Below the pieces are notes generated by a model. That model did not search any database, was not told where the DNA came from, and saw nothing but the letters and a program-made list of their open reading frames with translations. A DNA stretch of 64,000 nucleotides, taken from the NCBI GenBank assembly GCA_002269645.1, contig NIVC01002079.1, forward strand, positions 1-64,000, read 5' to 3'. Shown piece by piece: positions 61,431 to 64,000 of the stretch. Each line of letters begins with the position of its first letter. Positions within the stretch are counted from its first letter, which is position 1. This stretch comes from Macrostomum lignano. Its lineage: Eukaryota. The translations under genes and the position numbers were made by a program.

Positions 61431-63642
61431 TCAGTACTGATGGTTCTTCACGAACAGCGAGCTCTGGCCGGCGGCGCTGCCCATGCCGCCCTCGTACTTG
61501 CCCAGAGCGGCCAGCGAGTTGGCCCTGGCCCTCTTCAGCAGCTCGTCCTGTCCGGCCTTCACGTTCTCCTTCTTGCCGCCCCAGGCCGCCAGCACAGAGG
61601 CCTGCAGGGCGCGGCCGTAGCTGAAGGTCAGGGCCCACGGCTTGCGGCCCGGGAACTTGTTGATAGCGTCCAGGTGGACCGTGGCGTCCTCCTCGCTCTG
61701 GCCGCCGCTCAGGAAGGTGATCCCGACAACGGCTGGCGGCACGCCGCGGCTCAGGGCCGTCACAGTGGCCTCAGCAACCTGCTGCGGGGTGTTGCGAACA
61801 GGGCAGGCCTGGCCGCAAGTGACCATGTTGGGCTTGAGCAGGGTGCCCTCCAGGTAGACGTGGTGATCAGCCAGAGCCTTGTAGGTGAAGGCTAGCACCT
61901 GCTCGGTGACCTTCTGAGCCGTGGCCAGGTCGTGATCGCCGTCCTGGAGTGCGGGAGCGGCGGTGTGAATGAGAAAGTCAAGATAGAAATTATGCGGAAG
62001 CTGTACGAACGACTGGCAAGATGGGTGAGGGAGATGTTAGCTAGGGTATAGAGGATTTGGAAGTTGGTCACTGAAATTGAGGATCTGGGTGGTTGGTCAC
62101 TGAAATTGAGGATCTGGGTGGTTGGTCACTGAAATTGAAGATTTGGGAGGTTGGTCACTGAAACTAAGGATCTGGGTGGTTGGTCACTGAAATTGAAGAT
62201 TTGGGAGGTTGGTCACTGAAATTGAAGATTTAGGAGGTTGGTCACTGAAATTGAAGATCTGGGTGGTTGGTCACTGAAACTGAGGATTTGGGAGGTTGGT
62301 CACTGAAACTGAGGATTTGGGAGGTTGGTCACTGAAACTGAGGATTTGGGAGGTTGGTCACTGAAACTGAGGATCTGGGTGGTTGGTCACTGAAACTGAG
62401 GATCTGGGAGGTTGGTCACTGAAACTGAGGATTTGGGAGGTTGGTCACTGAAACTAAGGATCTGAGAGGTTGGTGACCAAGATTCAGGTCTGAGAGAGAT
62501 TGGTCACTGAAACTGAGGATCTGAGAGGTTGGTGACCAAGATTCAGGTCTGAGAGAGATTGGTCACTGAAACTGAGGATCTGGGAGGTTGGTCACTGAAA
62601 TTGAGGATCTGGGAGGTTGGTCACTGAAACTGAGGATCTGGGAGGTTGGTCACTGAAACTGAGTATCTGGGAGGTTGGTGACCAAGATTTAGATCTGGGT
62701 GGTTGGTCACTGAAACTGAGGATTTGGGAGGTTGGTCACTGAAACTGAGGATCTGGGAGGTTGGTCACTGAAATTGAGGATCTGGGAGGTTGGTCACTGA
62801 AACTGAGGATTTGGGAGGTTGGTCACTGAAAATAAGGATCTGAGAGGTTGGTGACCAAGATTCAGGTCTGAGAGAGATTGGTCACTGAAACTGAGGATCT
62901 GGGTGGTTGGTCACTGAAATTGAAGATTTGGGAGGTTGGTCACTGAAATTGAAGATTTGGGAGGTTGGTCACTGAAACTGAGGATCTGGGAAGTTGGTCA
63001 CTGAAACTAAGGATCTGAGAGGTTGGTGACCAAGATTCAGGTCTGGGAGATTGGTCACTAAAACTGAGGATCTGGGAGGTTGGTCACTGAAATTGAGGAT
63101 CTGGGAGTTTGGTCACTGAAATTGAGGATCTGGGAGGTTGGTGACCAAGATTTAGGTCTGGGAGATTGGTCACTAAAACTGAGGATCTGGGTGGTTGGTC
63201 ACTGAAACTGAGGATCTGGGAGGTTGGTCACTGAAACTGAGGATTTGGGAGGTTGGTCACTGAAACTAAGGATCTGAGAGGTTGGTGACCAAGATTCAGG
63301 TCTGGGAGATTGGTCACTAAAACTGAGGATCTGGGAGGTTGGTCACTGAAATTGAGGATCTGGGAGGTTGGTGACCAAGATTCAGGTCTGGGAGATTGGT
63401 CACTGAAACTGAGGATCTGGGAGGTTGGTCCCAATTCTCACCTGCAGCACCTCCGGCTCAACAATGGGCACGAGACCATTCTGCTGGCAGATGGAAGCGT
63501 AACGAGCCAGCACGTTGGCGTTCTCCAGCATGGCCTGGTAGGACGGCGTGTTTGGCCCGATCTTCAGCACGCAGCGCCACTTGGCGAACTGGGCGCCGTC
63601 TTTCTTGTACTGGGCGCAGCGCTCCGACAGGCCGTCCAAGCC
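61431..63642 (-). CDS. ALDO: Fructose-bisphosphate aldolase class I, last two exons (5' exons outside the window)
   Basis: Exons 63642-63442 ([28 protein letters not shown]...IVEPEVLQ) and 61943-61431 (DGDHDL...[10 protein letters not shown]...FLSGGQSEE...FSYGRALQ...NHQY*). Confidence 0.97.
62055..63430. repeat. ~29-bp intronic minisatellite
   Basis: GGAGGTTGGTCACTGAAACTGAGGATCTG units filling the aldolase intron. Confidence 0.96.
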
Positions 63643-63704
63643 CTGCAGTGTGTCGGGTTGGGCAGCCATTCTCTAGGGGCGATTCTTTAGGTGATGGATC
63701 TCTA

Positions 63705-64000
63705 AGTTGCGATTCTCTGAGCGGCGATTTTCTAAGAAGCGATTCTCTGAGTGGCGATTTTCTAAGAAGCGATTCTCTGAGTGGCGATTTTCTAAGAAGC
63801 GATTCTCTGAGTGGCGATTTTCTAAGAAGCGATTCTCTGAGTGGCGATTTTCTAAGAAGCGATTCTCTGAGTGGCGATTTTCTAAGAAGCGATTCTCTGA
63901 GTGGCGATTTTCTAAGAAGCGATTCTCTGAGCGGCGATTTTCTAAGAAGCGATTCTCTGAGTGGCGATTTTCTAAGAAGCGATTCTCTGAGTGGCGATTT
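63705..64000. repeat. 30-bp intronic tandem repeat (runs off the window)
   Basis: GATTCTCTGAGTGGCGATTTTCTAAGAAGC units. Confidence 0.96.

Overview
Eukaryotic (metazoan invertebrate) genomic DNA: spliced genes, many minisatellites and MITEs. The style resembles a flatworm such as Macrostomum, which is inference only. Three things stand out. (1) 1-8256 is the right-hand part of an integrated Polinton/Maverick (adintovirus-like) element. Ten co-oriented minus-strand genes (PolB remnant, integrase, penton, basic core-like ORF, major capsid, cysteine protease, packaging ATPase, two conserved small ORFs, DEDD nuclease-like ORF) end in a canonical AGTAGT terminus. The polymerase is destroyed, while the virion genes carry only single-base deletions. 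(2) The 12-kb first intron of an alpha-arrestin (ARRDC-like) gene hides two antisense tandem paralogues. When spliced by hand, each encodes about 8 ankyrin repeats fused to a cGAS/Mab-21-like nucleotidyltransferase (cGLR) with an intact acidic triad. One looks intact (936 aa). The other is interrupted by a 5'-truncated LINE with a 9-bp target-site duplication. The two share a nearly identical 711-bp ankyrin block despite diverged enzyme domains. (3) The rest holds ordinary or orphan host genes (a 4-exon orphan, an intronless GPCR, an EDEL-ending ER-type protein, a GDPD, a small secreted Gly-rich peptide, a DOMON-cytochrome b561 reductase, aldolase) among P-like, hAT-like and other MITEs, a Crypton-like remnant, a second LINE and many tandem repeats. 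All family assignments come from recognising motifs by eye; no database searches were run.
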